From Bacteroidota bacterium (GTDB lineage Bacteria; Bacteroidota; Bacteroidia; AKYH767-A; OLB10): a stretch of 64,000 bases of DNA. Every line of letters starts with the position of its first letter. Position 1 is the stretch's first letter. This document shows, piece by piece, positions 10,128-19,769 of the stretch. The DNA is taken from assembly GCA_023251535.1 (NCBI GenBank), contig JAHEYP010000011.1, positions 25,104-89,103 on the forward strand, read 5' to 3'. The notes below the pieces were generated by a model, which was not told where the DNA came from, made no database searches, and was given only the letters and a program-made list of their open reading frames with translations. The translations under genes were made by a program, and so were the position numbers.

Positions 10128-11039
10128 TTGATGAAACAAACAATTTTTATTCATGATCCAATGAAAATCATGTCGTCACTTAGAAGAGAAGTAGAAATAG
10201 TAGTTATATCTGACATTCATCTAGGGACGTACGGGTGTCACGCCAAAGAGTTGGTAAGATACTTAAAGTCGATAAAACCATCAATGATTGTTTTGAATGG
10301 TGATATAATTGACATCTGGCAATTCAGCAAAAACTACTTTCCTAAATCTCACATGAAAGTCTTGAGGGAAATCATACGGTTTGCCTCCAAAGGAGTTCCT
10401 GTTTATTACATAACAGGCAATCATGATGAAATGCTACGAAGGTTTTCAGGATTTAGCTTAGGAAATTTAGAAATCAACAATAAACTGATTTTAGACCTTG
10501 ATGGTAAAAAAGCTTGGATATTCCATGGGGATGTATTTGATGTAACCATGCAACATGCTAAATGGTTAACAAAGCTTGGAGCTATAGGATATGATTTACT
10601 CATTTTGCTAAATCGCTTTACCAATTTTATTCTTGAAAAGACAGGGCGAGAAAAGATTTCATTATCCAAGAAAATTAAAAACAGCGTTAAAAAAGCCGTG
10701 AAATTCATTAATGATTTTGAAGTGACATGTGCTGACATTGCAATAAGTAACAAATACTACTATGTAATTTGCGGACATATTCACCATCCGGAAATTAAAG
10801 AAATCAAAAACGATCATGGTGCTGTTACCTATTTAAATTCGGGCGACTGGGTTGAAAATTTGACTTCACTAGAATATAATAATGGAGAATGGTCGCTTTA
10901 CAAATATGAAGATTCGATAGAAATCGAAATCATAAACGAAGATGACGACATAGTATCAATGGATAACAAAGATCTTTTCAAAATGCTTTTTGCAGAACTT
11001 AACAACCCTGGATTACATAATAACCCAAATAATAATTAA
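10128..11039 (+). CDS. LpxH-like calcineurin-type metallophosphoesterase (UDP-2,3-diacylglucosamine diphosphatase-like) with an Asn/Asp-rich C-terminal tail
   Basis: 'VISDIHLG', 'NGDIIDIWQF', 'YYITGNHDEMLRRF', 'GHIHH' parallel the LpxH motifs (DLHL / GDLFEAW / GNRDFLLG). About 60 aa longer than E. coli LpxH, with a low-complexity tail 'NNPGLHNNPNNN'. Confidence 0.5.
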   Translation: MMKQTIFIHDPMKIMSSLRREVEIVVISDIHLGTYGCHAKELVRYLKSIKPSMIVLNGDIIDIWQFSKNYFPKSHMKVLREIIRFASKGVPVYYITGNHDEMLRRFSGFSLGNLEINNKLILDLDGKKAWIFHGDVFDVTMQHAKWLTKLGAIGYDLLILLNRFTNFILEKTGREKISLSKKIKNSVKKAVKFINDFEVTCADIAISNKYYYVICGHIHHPEIKEIKNDHGAVTYLNSGDWVENLTSLEYNNGEWSLYKYEDSIEIEIINEDDDIVSMDNKDLFKMLFAELNNPGLHNNPNNN

Positions 11040-12106
11040 TGAAAATACTTTATGCCATACAAGGAACTGGAAACGGTCATATTAGTAGAGCTTTAGAAAT
11101 AGTTCCTATTTTAAAACAGAAAGGGGAAACGGATGTACTAATAAGCTCATCTCAATGGGATTTAGAATTACCATTTGAAGTGAAGTATCGATTTCATGGC
11201 CTTGGATTCGTATTTGGGAAAAATGGCGGCATTGATTTTACAAAAACATATTTAGCACTCGATACAACTAAGTTATTAGCTGAAATAAAATCAATACCAA
11301 TTAAGGATTATGATTTAATCATTAGTGATTTTGAACCAGTATCATGCTGGGCGGCTAAATTAAATAGCAAAGTATGCATAGGATTGAGTAATCAAGCAGC
11401 AACGCTTCATCCGTTAGCACCTAAGCCCAAAGGCTCAGATCCATTAGGGAAGGCTGTATTGAATCATTACGCTCCGGTAACTCACTCCTACGGATTTCAT
11501 TTTAAATCCTTTGATGAAACTGTTTCAACTCCAATTATAAGAAAAGAGATAAGAGAAGCCGCAATAAGCAACAAAGGACATGTAACAGTTTACCTTCCTT
11601 CGTATGATGATAAAAGAATTATAGAAAAGCTTAAGCACATCACAAACTGTGAGTTTCATGTATTCAGCAAACATATTCGAAAAGAATACAAAAAAGTAAA
11701 TTTTACAGTATTGCCGCTAACAAATCAAACATTCATTGAAAGCTTAGCTTCGTGCAATGCCGTAATAACAAATGCAGGATTTGGAACAACATCAGAAGCA
11801 CTTTTTTTAGGCAAGAAATTGTTGGTAATCCCAATGAAGAATCAATACGAACAACACTGTAATGCTGCAGTGCTAAAATCAATGGGCGTTACAGTAATTA
11901 AAAGTTTGAAGAAAAAGCATATTGATACGATCAAAGAATGGTTAAAACACGGCCGATCAATAGAAGTAGAATATCCAGATAATACAGAAAAGATAATTGA
12001 CAAAATAATCAAGAATCATTTACATGAAAATATTATTGTCAATTCGAAAAGAAAGGAAATGAACTTCTTTGAGAAAATTATGACAATAAATCTTGCTGAA
12101 AATTAA
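11039..12106 (+). CDS. Glycosyltransferase, GT28/MGT-like (MurG-fold, MJ1255-type)
   Basis: 355 aa. N-terminal 'MKILYAIQGTGNGHISRA' is typical of the GT-B family. Start overlaps the lpxH-like stop (TAATG). Confidence 0.55.
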   Translation: MKILYAIQGTGNGHISRALEIVPILKQKGETDVLISSSQWDLELPFEVKYRFHGLGFVFGKNGGIDFTKTYLALDTTKLLAEIKSIPIKDYDLIISDFEPVSCWAAKLNSKVCIGLSNQAATLHPLAPKPKGSDPLGKAVLNHYAPVTHSYGFHFKSFDETVSTPIIRKEIREAAISNKGHVTVYLPSYDDKRIIEKLKHITNCEFHVFSKHIRKEYKKVNFTVLPLTNQTFIESLASCNAVITNAGFGTTSEALFLGKKLLVIPMKNQYEQHCNAAVLKSMGVTVIKSLKKKHIDTIKEWLKHGRSIEVEYPDNTEKIIDKIIKNHLHENIIVNSKRKEMNFFEKIMTINLAEN

Positions 12107-12110
12107 TAAT

Positions 12111-13460
12111 ATGAAAAACGATTTCATTTGGGGTGCTGCGACATCAGCCTATCAAATAGAAGGAGGGAAATTCGCTGACGGGAAGAGATCATCGATATGG
12201 GATGAATTTTGCAAGAAGAAGAATGCCATAGTCAATAATCAAAACGGAAACAAGTCATGTGAGTTTTACTATCACTACAAAGAAGACATTCGACTTTTGG
12301 CCAGTCTGAATATTAAGAACTTCAGATTTTCGGTCTCGTGGCCAAGGGTAATGCCTTTGGGGCCGGGATTTATAAATCAAAGAGGATTAGATTTTTACGA
12401 TCGATTAACGGATTATTGTCTCGAGAATAAAGTAGATCCTTGGGTGACATTATATCATTGGGATTTACCTCAAGAATTAGAAGATAGAGGAGGCTGGACA
12501 AATAGAGATATAGTTAGTTGGTTTAGCGAATATGCTGCTATAATAGTGAATCGCTTAGGCGATCGAGTGAAACATTGGATGGTTCTTAATGAACCAGTTG
12601 TTTTTACAGGGGCAGGATATTTTTTAGGAGTACACGCCCCAGGAAAAAAAGGCGTAGACAACTATTTGCCTGCACTTCATCATGCGGCATTGACGCAAGC
12701 TGCAGGAATTAAAACAATTCGCTCTGCCTGCGCTGACGCACATATTGGAACGACTTTTTCATGCTCGCATATAACTCCTTTAAATCCGCATAACATAGAA
12801 GATATATTGGCGGCTCAGAAAACAGATGCACTAATCAATCGACTTTTCATTGAACCACTATTAGGATATGGCTATCCGACATCAACCCTACCCTTTTTAA
12901 ATAAATTGGAGCCATACATCAAATCGAATGATATTGAAAATTTAGTAGCTATTCCGGATTTTATCGGGATTCAGAACTATACCAGAGAAGTTGTATCACA
13001 TTCGAAATTTACTCCCTACTTAAACGCTAAAATTATTGATGCAAAGACAAGGAATGTAGATCGAACGATAATGAATTGGGAAATTTATCCCGAATCAATT
13101 TACGAGATGATAAAACAATTTAATAGATACAAAGAAGTAAAAGAGATTTATATTACTGAAAATGGAGCTGCTTTCAATGACCGGAAAATTGACGGACAAA
13201 TAAATGATGAGAAAAGAGTCAACTATTTAAAATCGTATATTGAACAAGTTTTAAGAGCTAAAAATGAAGGATTAAAAGTTGATGGCTACTTTGTTTGGTC
13301 ATTATTAGACAACTTTGAATGGTCGGAAGGATATACACCACGTTTTGGCATTGTTCATGTTGATTTTGAAACACAGCATAGAACGGTAAAAAAATCTGGC
13401 AAATGGTATAGTAATTACATCAAAGAATTTCAAGAACGAAATAGTTCAATTGTGATATAA
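12111..13460 (+). CDS. bglB: GH1 beta-glucosidase
   Basis: 'FIWGAATSAYQIEGG', acid/base 'LNEP', nucleophile 'ITENG'. The ORF track starts at 12093; the ATG at 12111 (MKNDFIWG...) fits GH1 N-termini better. Confidence 0.9.
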   Translation: MKNDFIWGAATSAYQIEGGKFADGKRSSIWDEFCKKKNAIVNNQNGNKSCEFYYHYKEDIRLLASLNIKNFRFSVSWPRVMPLGPGFINQRGLDFYDRLTDYCLENKVDPWVTLYHWDLPQELEDRGGWTNRDIVSWFSEYAAIIVNRLGDRVKHWMVLNEPVVFTGAGYFLGVHAPGKKGVDNYLPALHHAALTQAAGIKTIRSACADAHIGTTFSCSHITPLNPHNIEDILAAQKTDALINRLFIEPLLGYGYPTSTLPFLNKLEPYIKSNDIENLVAIPDFIGIQNYTREVVSHSKFTPYLNAKIIDAKTRNVDRTIMNWEIYPESIYEMIKQFNRYKEVKEIYITENGAAFNDRKIDGQINDEKRVNYLKSYIEQVLRAKNEGLKVDGYFVWSLLDNFEWSEGYTPRFGIVHVDFETQHRTVKKSGKWYSNYIKEFQERNSSIVI

Positions 13461-13492
13461 TAAAAAAGGCCGGGAAACCGGCCATTTTTATA
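13461..13492. terminator. Bidirectional rho-independent terminator between convergent bglB and the 253-aa T9SS gene
   Basis: aaaaaa-ggccgg-gaaa-ccggcc-atttttat. A-run and T-run flank a GC stem, so it works on both strands. Confidence 0.7.
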
Positions 13493-13509
13493 CACAACCA
13501 ATCAACTTC

Positions 13510-14271
13510 TTAATGACAAACAAATAATTTTTTAATAGAAGTTCCCTTTTTATTTTTCACTTCAACAAAGTACATTCCACTTTTAAGGGGCTCAAGGTTT
13601 AATGTAGCCAAATTATTTTGACTATAAATAGAGTCTGAAAATACTGAAAAACCCATTTGATTAAAAACTATTAGTTGAAACTCTTCAGAACCCTCAATGA
13701 TCGCTTTTTCATTTGCAGGATTAGGAAACAAATTGAATTTTTGAGCTGAATTTTCAGATACAGAAAGGATAGTAGGTAATATAATCTTGATACTACATTG
13801 ATTTCCGTTTAGGTAAGCTTTTAAACTATACAAATCAGTATTAGTAAACGTTGGAGTTAGTAAATTAAAACGAACTAAAGCTAAAGGAGTAAGAGTGTCA
13901 CATGGCTGGAAGCTGCTACTAGTGAAGCGAACAGTAGAATCATTAGAATTATAGTAAGACAATGGCATTAAATATGTAGTAAGGTCTAATATAGTATCAT
14001 ATTCCAAAGCATTATGATCATATTTTAAGGAAAAATCGAGAGCATAAATAGTATCATCAGAAATAATTGAAACTGGAACTTCTAAAGGAGAAGAAGAAAG
14101 ATTGATTTGAGACAAATCAAATACAACAGAATCACCTGAATCAATGGTTGAAATTTTAGCCGAATTAATATTTCCTTTAATCGAAGGAGTTTTAGTGGAA
14201 TTCTGGCTATAAATGCTTGAAGAAACCATTAAGCATAATAAAACCAGTTTAATTTTTAGTGAATTAACCAT
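13510..14271 (-). CDS. Secreted protein with T9SS C-terminal sorting domain; body homologous to the pre-CTD region of the 1134-aa neighbour
   Basis: Signal peptide; C-terminus 'FNLFPNPANEKAIIE...GMYFVEVKNKKGTSIKKLFV' is a Por/T9SS CTD. Body motifs ('ALDFSLKYDHNALEY', 'TVRFTSSSF', 'AYLNGNQ') parallel 'SLDFAMMYNQSSLHF', 'VLRFTSNSL', 'AYVNGER' in 14421..17825. Confidence 0.6.
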   Translation of the reverse strand: MVNSLKIKLVLLCLMVSSSIYSQNSTKTPSIKGNINSAKISTIDSGDSVVFDLSQINLSSSPLEVPVSIISDDTIYALDFSLKYDHNALEYDTILDLTTYLMPLSYYNSNDSTVRFTSSSFQPCDTLTPLALVRFNLLTPTFTNTDLYSLKAYLNGNQCSIKIILPTILSVSENSAQKFNLFPNPANEKAIIEGSEEFQLIVFNQMGFSVFSDSIYSQNNLATLNLEPLKSGMYFVEVKNKKGTSIKKLFVCH

Positions 14272-14360
14272 TTGTTTGTCTTTTTAGATATTTCAAATTT
14301 ACGAAGGGCAAGTATTTTGAAAGTCAAGAGCAATTTATCATTCTGTAAACTTTACATTAA

Positions 14361-14398
14361 ATAAAAAAGGTCAGTCCCCGACCGGGGACCAACCTTTT
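14361..14398 (-). terminator. Rho-independent terminator downstream of the 1134-aa gene
   Basis: GC-rich hairpin gtcccc-gacc-ggggac (14374..14389) flanked by A/T runs. Confidence 0.6.
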
Positions 14399-14420
14399 TG
14401 GAGAAAAACAGAAACAATTA

Positions 14421-17400
14421 TTACTTACTAACTACTACTCTTTTAACAGATACAGATGATCCGTTTAATACTCTAACAACATATACTCCGTTAGCTAAAG
14501 TTTGTGTGCTGAATGAAGCAGTTTCACCGGCTAAAGCCTCAGTTTGAGCAATAACTTGGCGACCTTCTACATCCATTAATTGTAATGTTGCATTTTCGCT
14601 AACCTCAACATTTAACATATCAGTTGCAGGGTTAGGATAGATATTGATGATAGATCCTGTACCAGATAATTTAGCAGAAGCTAATTCAAAAGATACTCTT
14701 TCACCATTAACATACGCAGCTAAAGCATTGAAATCAGATGCAGAAACTTCACCTTGACCGATTGCAAAACGAACTGAAACCGGAGCTTTAGATAAATCAT
14801 AGTTCTGAAGGCTATTAGATGTAAAACGAAGAACTTTATCGTCAGCATTTACGTTTGCTAAAGCTTGTAAAGAATTTGTATTATCTACAACTGAATTGAA
14901 ATGAAGTGAAGATTGATTGTACATCATTGCAAAGTCTAATGAATTTACAGCATCAACTGATTCAACGAAAACCGGAACAGTTAAATATCCATTCTCAACC
15001 ACAGCTTTTGACATATCCATTACAACCTTATCAGATGAAGATGAACGGAAAGCGTTATTAGGGCTTGTTGTTGCATAGTTACCGTTGATATCACCGATTA
15101 AAATTCCTTTGTAAGTCATTGCAGAAATCACAGGACAATCAGTAATATTTGTTGCAGGAACTGGCATACAGAATGACAATACAGGAACTTTGTATTTAGA
15201 GAATCCGATACCATCGTTATTAGGATATGTAGTTGAAATTGCAAATGCAACATCTGTAGCAACACGAGCAGTATCAACAAAGATCCAATCTTTCGATAAT
15301 TGACCGTTAGAAACACCGTTAGCATTATAGTTCCATGCTTGACGGAATTCAGGGATCATCAATACAGCACGTTGGTTAATTTGAGAAACGTCACCAGCAC
15401 TGATTACACCGTCTTCATTAACATCCATTGAAATAATGTTATAAACATTAGGAATGAAAGAAACATCATTCAATAGAACCTTACGAGCTAATAATGCATC
15501 AAATCCGTTAATCACAGGTTGAACGTCAGTAGTTCCTGGGATATCCTTATTGATATTTAAATTTAGGCCATTAGAAATAACATGAGAGAATGAACCTGTT
15601 GTATCAGGATTCACAACTACTGAAGAAGGAGTTGAACAAGATGCATCATTTCCATTGATATTTGTAGGTAAATATTGGTTTGGATTTGCAGCATTGTATT
15701 TAATTGGACTATTGTCAGCCCAGAAACTTAATTTACCTGTAAATACGCTATCTCTATGCGAGATATAGTTACCTGCTTGTACTAATTTAGCAGTAACACC
15801 ATTATAGTAACTTTCTTGTAATGAAGGAATCGTTACAGCAGATGTATCAACAGATGTAAACAATGCAGTTTTTGTAAAACCTACACAGAAAACTGTACCA
15901 GCACCTGTAAATTTAGCATTAGCTGGAGCACTTGCATTGAAGAATAAAGAGATATACATGTTGCCATTTACAGAATCAATACTATTGATTGCATCAACAT
16001 AAGAAGGGTTAATTAAGTCACTAGCAACAGTGATAGATCCAGTTGGCTTTAACTTAAGAGAGTTGTAATGTAAAACAACATCATATCCAATTACATTTTG
16101 TACAGTATCATGAGCGATTACCGGCAAGCAGAAACCAGCTTGATTACAGCTTTCATTGATAGTAGAAACATTGTAAGGAAGTGCATTAGGATCTGCAACA
16201 GAGATTGTAACAGCAGAAGAGGTAGTTACAGCACCACGGTTATCAGTAGCTTTTACAGTTAAAACAGCTGAGCCAATAACGCTTGTCCAGTTGAAGCTAT
16301 AAGGAGCAGTAGCATCGCTACCAACAAGTGTACCATTTACATAGAAATCAACTGAAGCGATTGTTCCATCAACATCTGCAGCGTTAGCAGCGATAGCTAC
16401 AACAGCAGGAGCAGTATATAAAGCACCATTAGAAGGAGCAGTAATAGAACATGAAGGAGGCACATTGTTTACACAAGTTACACCTACAGCTGAAGAAATT
16501 GTTTGAGCACCTAAGTTATCCGTTGCACGAGCAGTGATTGAATGAGCACCAAGAACTGCTGTCCAGTTAATTGAATAAGGAGCAGTGTTATCTAAACCTA
16601 AAGAAACTCCATCAACAAAGAATTCAACTGAAGCAACAGAAACGTTATCAGTAGCATTTGCAGTGATAGATACTACATCACCATTAATAACTGAAGAACC
16701 ATTTGTTGGATTAGTAATAACGCAAGTAGGAGCTGGGTTACTAGCAACAGTGATAGAAATAGTTGCAGTACTAACAGCACCTTGATCATCTGTTGCTTTA
16801 GCAGCAATAGTATGTGAACCAATTACACCAGTGTAAGAAGAAGTATAAGGTGCAGTAGCATCTACTCCAACTGAAACTCCATCAACAAAGAATTCAACTT
16901 GAGTTACAGTACCGTCAGCATCAGAAGCTGTAGCAGTTAAAGGAATTACTGTACCAGTGATAAAACTAGCTCCATTAGATGGAGAAGTAATAGCAACAGT
17001 AGGAAGTGCATTTGGAGCACCGAAAGTTCCTGTTAAGCTTGGAATTGTAATTTCAGAACCAACTGGAGAAGAAGCAACATAATTTTGTGTTCCACCTGTT
17101 GGAGTACCAATTTGAATATTCAATTCGAAATGGAAAACTCCATTTGTAGTGAACTGTCCAATTAATACACGATTTGTTGCAGTAGGACCAGAAGAACCAT
17201 TTAAAGATGCGATAGAACCATTTGATGTTGAAAATAAACCTCCAACTAAACTTACCCCATCGAATACACCTAAATCGCCATTTCCTGTATTGTTCAATCC
17301 GACAAATGTTGGTGATTCAGGAGCCACGGCAGCCATACCATCTTGAACTAAAATTTGAATTCCTGTAGAAGGATCATTATTAGTTAAGAGACCATTACTA

Positions 17401-17825
17401 TTTCCGATAGAACCATCAGTATCTTCAGATTTTAGCACTCCAGATTTTCCAACAGCGGTACCGCCAACAGAAAACCATGAGTCTAACATTACAGTATTCT
17501 TTTTAGTGTTGTTCACACTAATACCTTGAGGGCTTGTTGCACCATAATCTTCATTGTTAAAGAACGTCGTTGAAGAATTGATTAATAAAGTATGATTTGA
17601 AACTCCATACAAAGCTTGGAACTTATAACCCGGCAACATATCAGCGTAAACACGATAGGTAACAGAACCTACAGGCAATGTACCCGTGCTCCCGATAGAG
17701 TCGGCTGCATTGGAAACATAGTATTTTTCAACTATGATATTTTCTAAACCGTTTTGAGCTTGACAAACATTTGTGAATGCACTCAAAAGCGAGAATAGAA
17801 ATCCATATATCATTATTTTTTTCAT
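14421..17825 (-). CDS. Large T9SS-secreted surface protein: conserved unnamed N-terminal domain, three tandem bacterial Ig-like (Big) repeats, two copies of a second unnamed domain, T9SS CTD
   Basis: 1134 aa. N-domain 'GLENIIVEKYYVSNAADS...TYRVYADM...KNTVMLDSWFSVGG...NGSIASLNGSSGP...VLIGQFTTNG...FELNIQIGTPTGGTQNYVA' is shared with three paralogues. Big repeats end '...ATDDQGAVSTATISITV', '...ATDNLGAQTISSAVGV', '...ATDNRGAVTTSSAVTISV'. C-terminus 'IINIYPNPATDMLNVEV...GVYVVRVLNGSSVSVKRVVVSK' is a T9SS CTD. Confidence 0.7.
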   Translation of the reverse strand: MKKIMIYGFLFSLLSAFTNVCQAQNGLENIIVEKYYVSNAADSIGSTGTLPVGSVTYRVYADMLPGYKFQALYGVSNHTLLINSSTTFFNNEDYGATSPQGISVNNTKKNTVMLDSWFSVGGTAVGKSGVLKSEDTDGSIGNSNGLLTNNDPSTGIQILVQDGMAAVAPESPTFVGLNNTGNGDLGVFDGVSLVGGLFSTSNGSIASLNGSSGPTATNRVLIGQFTTNGVFHFELNIQIGTPTGGTQNYVASSPVGSEITIPSLTGTFGAPNALPTVAITSPSNGASFITGTVIPLTATASDADGTVTQVEFFVDGVSVGVDATAPYTSSYTGVIGSHTIAAKATDDQGAVSTATISITVASNPAPTCVITNPTNGSSVINGDVVSITANATDNVSVASVEFFVDGVSLGLDNTAPYSINWTAVLGAHSITARATDNLGAQTISSAVGVTCVNNVPPSCSITAPSNGALYTAPAVVAIAANAADVDGTIASVDFYVNGTLVGSDATAPYSFNWTSVIGSAVLTVKATDNRGAVTTSSAVTISVADPNALPYNVSTINESCNQAGFCLPVIAHDTVQNVIGYDVVLHYNSLKLKPTGSITVASDLINPSYVDAINSIDSVNGNMYISLFFNASAPANAKFTGAGTVFCVGFTKTALFTSVDTSAVTIPSLQESYYNGVTAKLVQAGNYISHRDSVFTGKLSFWADNSPIKYNAANPNQYLPTNINGNDASCSTPSSVVVNPDTTGSFSHVISNGLNLNINKDIPGTTDVQPVINGFDALLARKVLLNDVSFIPNVYNIISMDVNEDGVISAGDVSQINQRAVLMIPEFRQAWNYNANGVSNGQLSKDWIFVDTARVATDVAFAISTTYPNNDGIGFSKYKVPVLSFCMPVPATNITDCPVISAMTYKGILIGDINGNYATTSPNNAFRSSSSDKVVMDMSKAVVENGYLTVPVFVESVDAVNSLDFAMMYNQSSLHFNSVVDNTNSLQALANVNADDKVLRFTSNSLQNYDLSKAPVSVRFAIGQGEVSASDFNALAAYVNGERVSFELASAKLSGTGSIINIYPNPATDMLNVEVSENATLQLMDVEGRQVIAQTEALAGETASFSTQTLANGVYVVRVLNGSSVSVKRVVVSK

Positions 17826-17856
17826 TTTGATAATTATAAAAGATGTTTAGATGTGA

Positions 17857-19533
17857 TTAATTACAAGATTGATTAAATTGTCCTAGTAGAATCAAGAAGT
17901 CAACATTATTTGTAACACCATCAGTATTCAAATCTGTTGGACAAGGTTGAAGACCTGTAGTAACATTTAATAATTGAGCATATGTCCAGTCAGATAACCA
18001 GTTTTTTCCTGAAGAAGCAAATGCTCCTTTGTAAGTAACAGGCGTAAAGAATCCATTTGCAGGAGCGGCAGCACAACCACCTGAAATAGTTAAAGCTGGA
18101 TTAGGAATTGCATCAAACTTAGTCGCAACAGCATTTGTTGTATAGTTTTGACTCCATAAGTAAGTGAAACCAGGCAAAGAAGCTGAAGTTGTATTTAAGT
18201 CAGTAGTATAGAACTGAGCAGTATCAGCTGTAGCAACTGCACCTGTACCGTTTTTATCAATTGCGAAATCTTTAGTACAACCTACGAATGCATTACATTT
18301 TACTTTTAAGCTATTAGAACCATTACCATTTGCAGATGACCAGTTATGATAAGCTTCACTTGTACCTGTACGTGTTCCTAATGTTTTGATAACATTCATT
18401 CCATAACGGAAGTTAGCAAATACTGAATTGTAGATTTCACCTTCAGTTAATTCTTTTGCTTCGATTGCAGCAATACCTGAGTTATCAGAAGTAAGAACTT
18501 TCTTACCGCTACCAATCATAGTAACATTATAAATTACAGGATGTGAACGAGGAGTTAAGTTTGATTTTTGATCATCAGCATCCATTTCAAATCCGTTATC
18601 AGCATCAACACTAGCAGCTAATGTATCAGCAGTTTTTAGTCCGAAAATGAACTGAGAATTTCCACGGTAACCGTCATCCCAATCGAACATATCATCATTA
18701 CCGAATAATGTAGCGAAGTTTTTAACGTTTACTGTTCCGCCCCAGAATTCCATAGCATCATCAGCACAAGAAATAATCTCGATATGATCGATAGTTGTTC
18801 CACGTCCAACTGAACCTAAAGAAAGTCCGTTTAACTCACCACCAACCTGAAGAATTGCTCCAGCGTGACGAATAGAAACATAACTTAAAATACCTGAGTT
18901 GTCATCATCATCAAAAGATTCACCTGCAGTTAAATTTGCACCGAATTGATCGCGAGAATTTGAACTTGCAAAACCTTCAAAAGTTCCTAATCCGTTAGCA
19001 ACACAAATTTTTCCATCACCAACACCTGCTTGGAATGGTCCGTTAGCTGCTAATGTTAAATTATTTGAAGCTTTACCAGCGATACAAACTCCACCCCACA
19101 TACCTTTATTACTTAAAGCATAAGATCCATCCATTGGATCAGCTTCAGCAGTAAATACAATTTGACATCCTGGAGTTCCGTTTGCCACGATTCTACCACC
19201 ACGCATTACTGTTAATGCTGTTGCAGAATCTGCCGTTGTACGGAATCTTCCTTTAATTACTGTTCCCGGTGCAATTGTTAAACTTTTTCCACTAGGCACA
19301 TAAATTTTCTTGTCAAGAATGTACGTAGTTGCACAATTTAAAATTGTGTTTGTAGCAGTTAATTCTCCATCATTTGCTCCACCGGATGTAGCTAATGTTG
19401 ACAATAAAACTGTTGGGCGTGATGATACGGTTGGACATCCGCAATCAGCTCCAAGATTGTTCTGGGCAAAACTCGTTGCCACAGACATGACCGCAATTGC
19501 AGTCATAGCCATTTTAGTTACTAGTTTTTTCAT
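17857..19533 (-). CDS. Secreted hypothetical protein, beta-helix-like, with N-terminal 'CGCP' motif and a single dockerin/EF-hand-like Ca-binding repeat at the extreme C-terminus
   Basis: 558 aa. Signal peptide; repetitive G/N/T-rich segments suggest a parallel beta-helix; C-terminus 'DLNTDGVTNNVDFLILLGQF' matches a D-x-N-x-D-G-x-x-N-x-x-D...LL dockerin-type repeat. No canonical T9SS CTD. Confidence 0.35.
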   Translation of the reverse strand: MKKLVTKMAMTAIAVMSVATSFAQNNLGADCGCPTVSSRPTVLLSTLATSGGANDGELTATNTILNCATTYILDKKIYVPSGKSLTIAPGTVIKGRFRTTADSATALTVMRGGRIVANGTPGCQIVFTAEADPMDGSYALSNKGMWGGVCIAGKASNNLTLAANGPFQAGVGDGKICVANGLGTFEGFASSNSRDQFGANLTAGESFDDDDNSGILSYVSIRHAGAILQVGGELNGLSLGSVGRGTTIDHIEIISCADDAMEFWGGTVNVKNFATLFGNDDMFDWDDGYRGNSQFIFGLKTADTLAASVDADNGFEMDADDQKSNLTPRSHPVIYNVTMIGSGKKVLTSDNSGIAAIEAKELTEGEIYNSVFANFRYGMNVIKTLGTRTGTSEAYHNWSSANGNGSNSLKVKCNAFVGCTKDFAIDKNGTGAVATADTAQFYTTDLNTTSASLPGFTYLWSQNYTTNAVATKFDAIPNPALTISGGCAAAPANGFFTPVTYKGAFASSGKNWLSDWTYAQLLNVTTGLQPCPTDLNTDGVTNNVDFLILLGQFNQSCN

Positions 19534-19711
19534 TTGGGTTATTGATTTAGTTTAGATTCGATTTAATACAATTAAGGCCTTTTAACGAAAGCAAATGTAG
19601 AGGGCCAACAAAAATTTAAATCAAACAAGAACTTACTAAATCATTAAACTAATTAACCTAAAAAGTTAAGAGCGAAAAATGTATTTACAGTACTTTAACA
19701 TAGAGGAAACA

Positions 19712-19750
19712 TTCTAAAACAAAATTGGCTGTTACTTAACAGTAACAGCC
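19712..19750 (-). terminator. Rho-independent terminator after the FISUMP gene
   Basis: Perfect 10-bp stem ggctgttact-taac-agtaacagcc (19727..19750), with a T-run on the minus strand. Confidence 0.7.
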
Positions 19751-19769
19751 AATGCAAATTTTGTTTTTT

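Noticed and set aside
12093-12110. Upstream ATG extension of bglB (MLKINN...)
   Set aside because: GH1 enzymes begin close to the 'FxWGxAT' motif. The ATG at 12111 gives the canonical N-terminus and avoids overlap with the upstream gene.
15900-17000. Repetitive DNA that at first looked like a tandem-repeat or CRISPR-like array
   Set aside because: The periodicity is about 270 bp and diverged. It corresponds exactly to three Ig-like (Big) protein repeats in frame, with no short direct repeats or spacer structure.
15128-17346. Short ORFs antisense or out-of-frame inside the 1134-aa gene (15128..15325, 16585..16785, 17149..17346), plus similar internal ORFs in the kinase, SLC13, cysN and other genes
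   Set aside because: Embedded in long, motif-rich ORFs on the other strand or frame. Typical low-complexity shadow ORFs.
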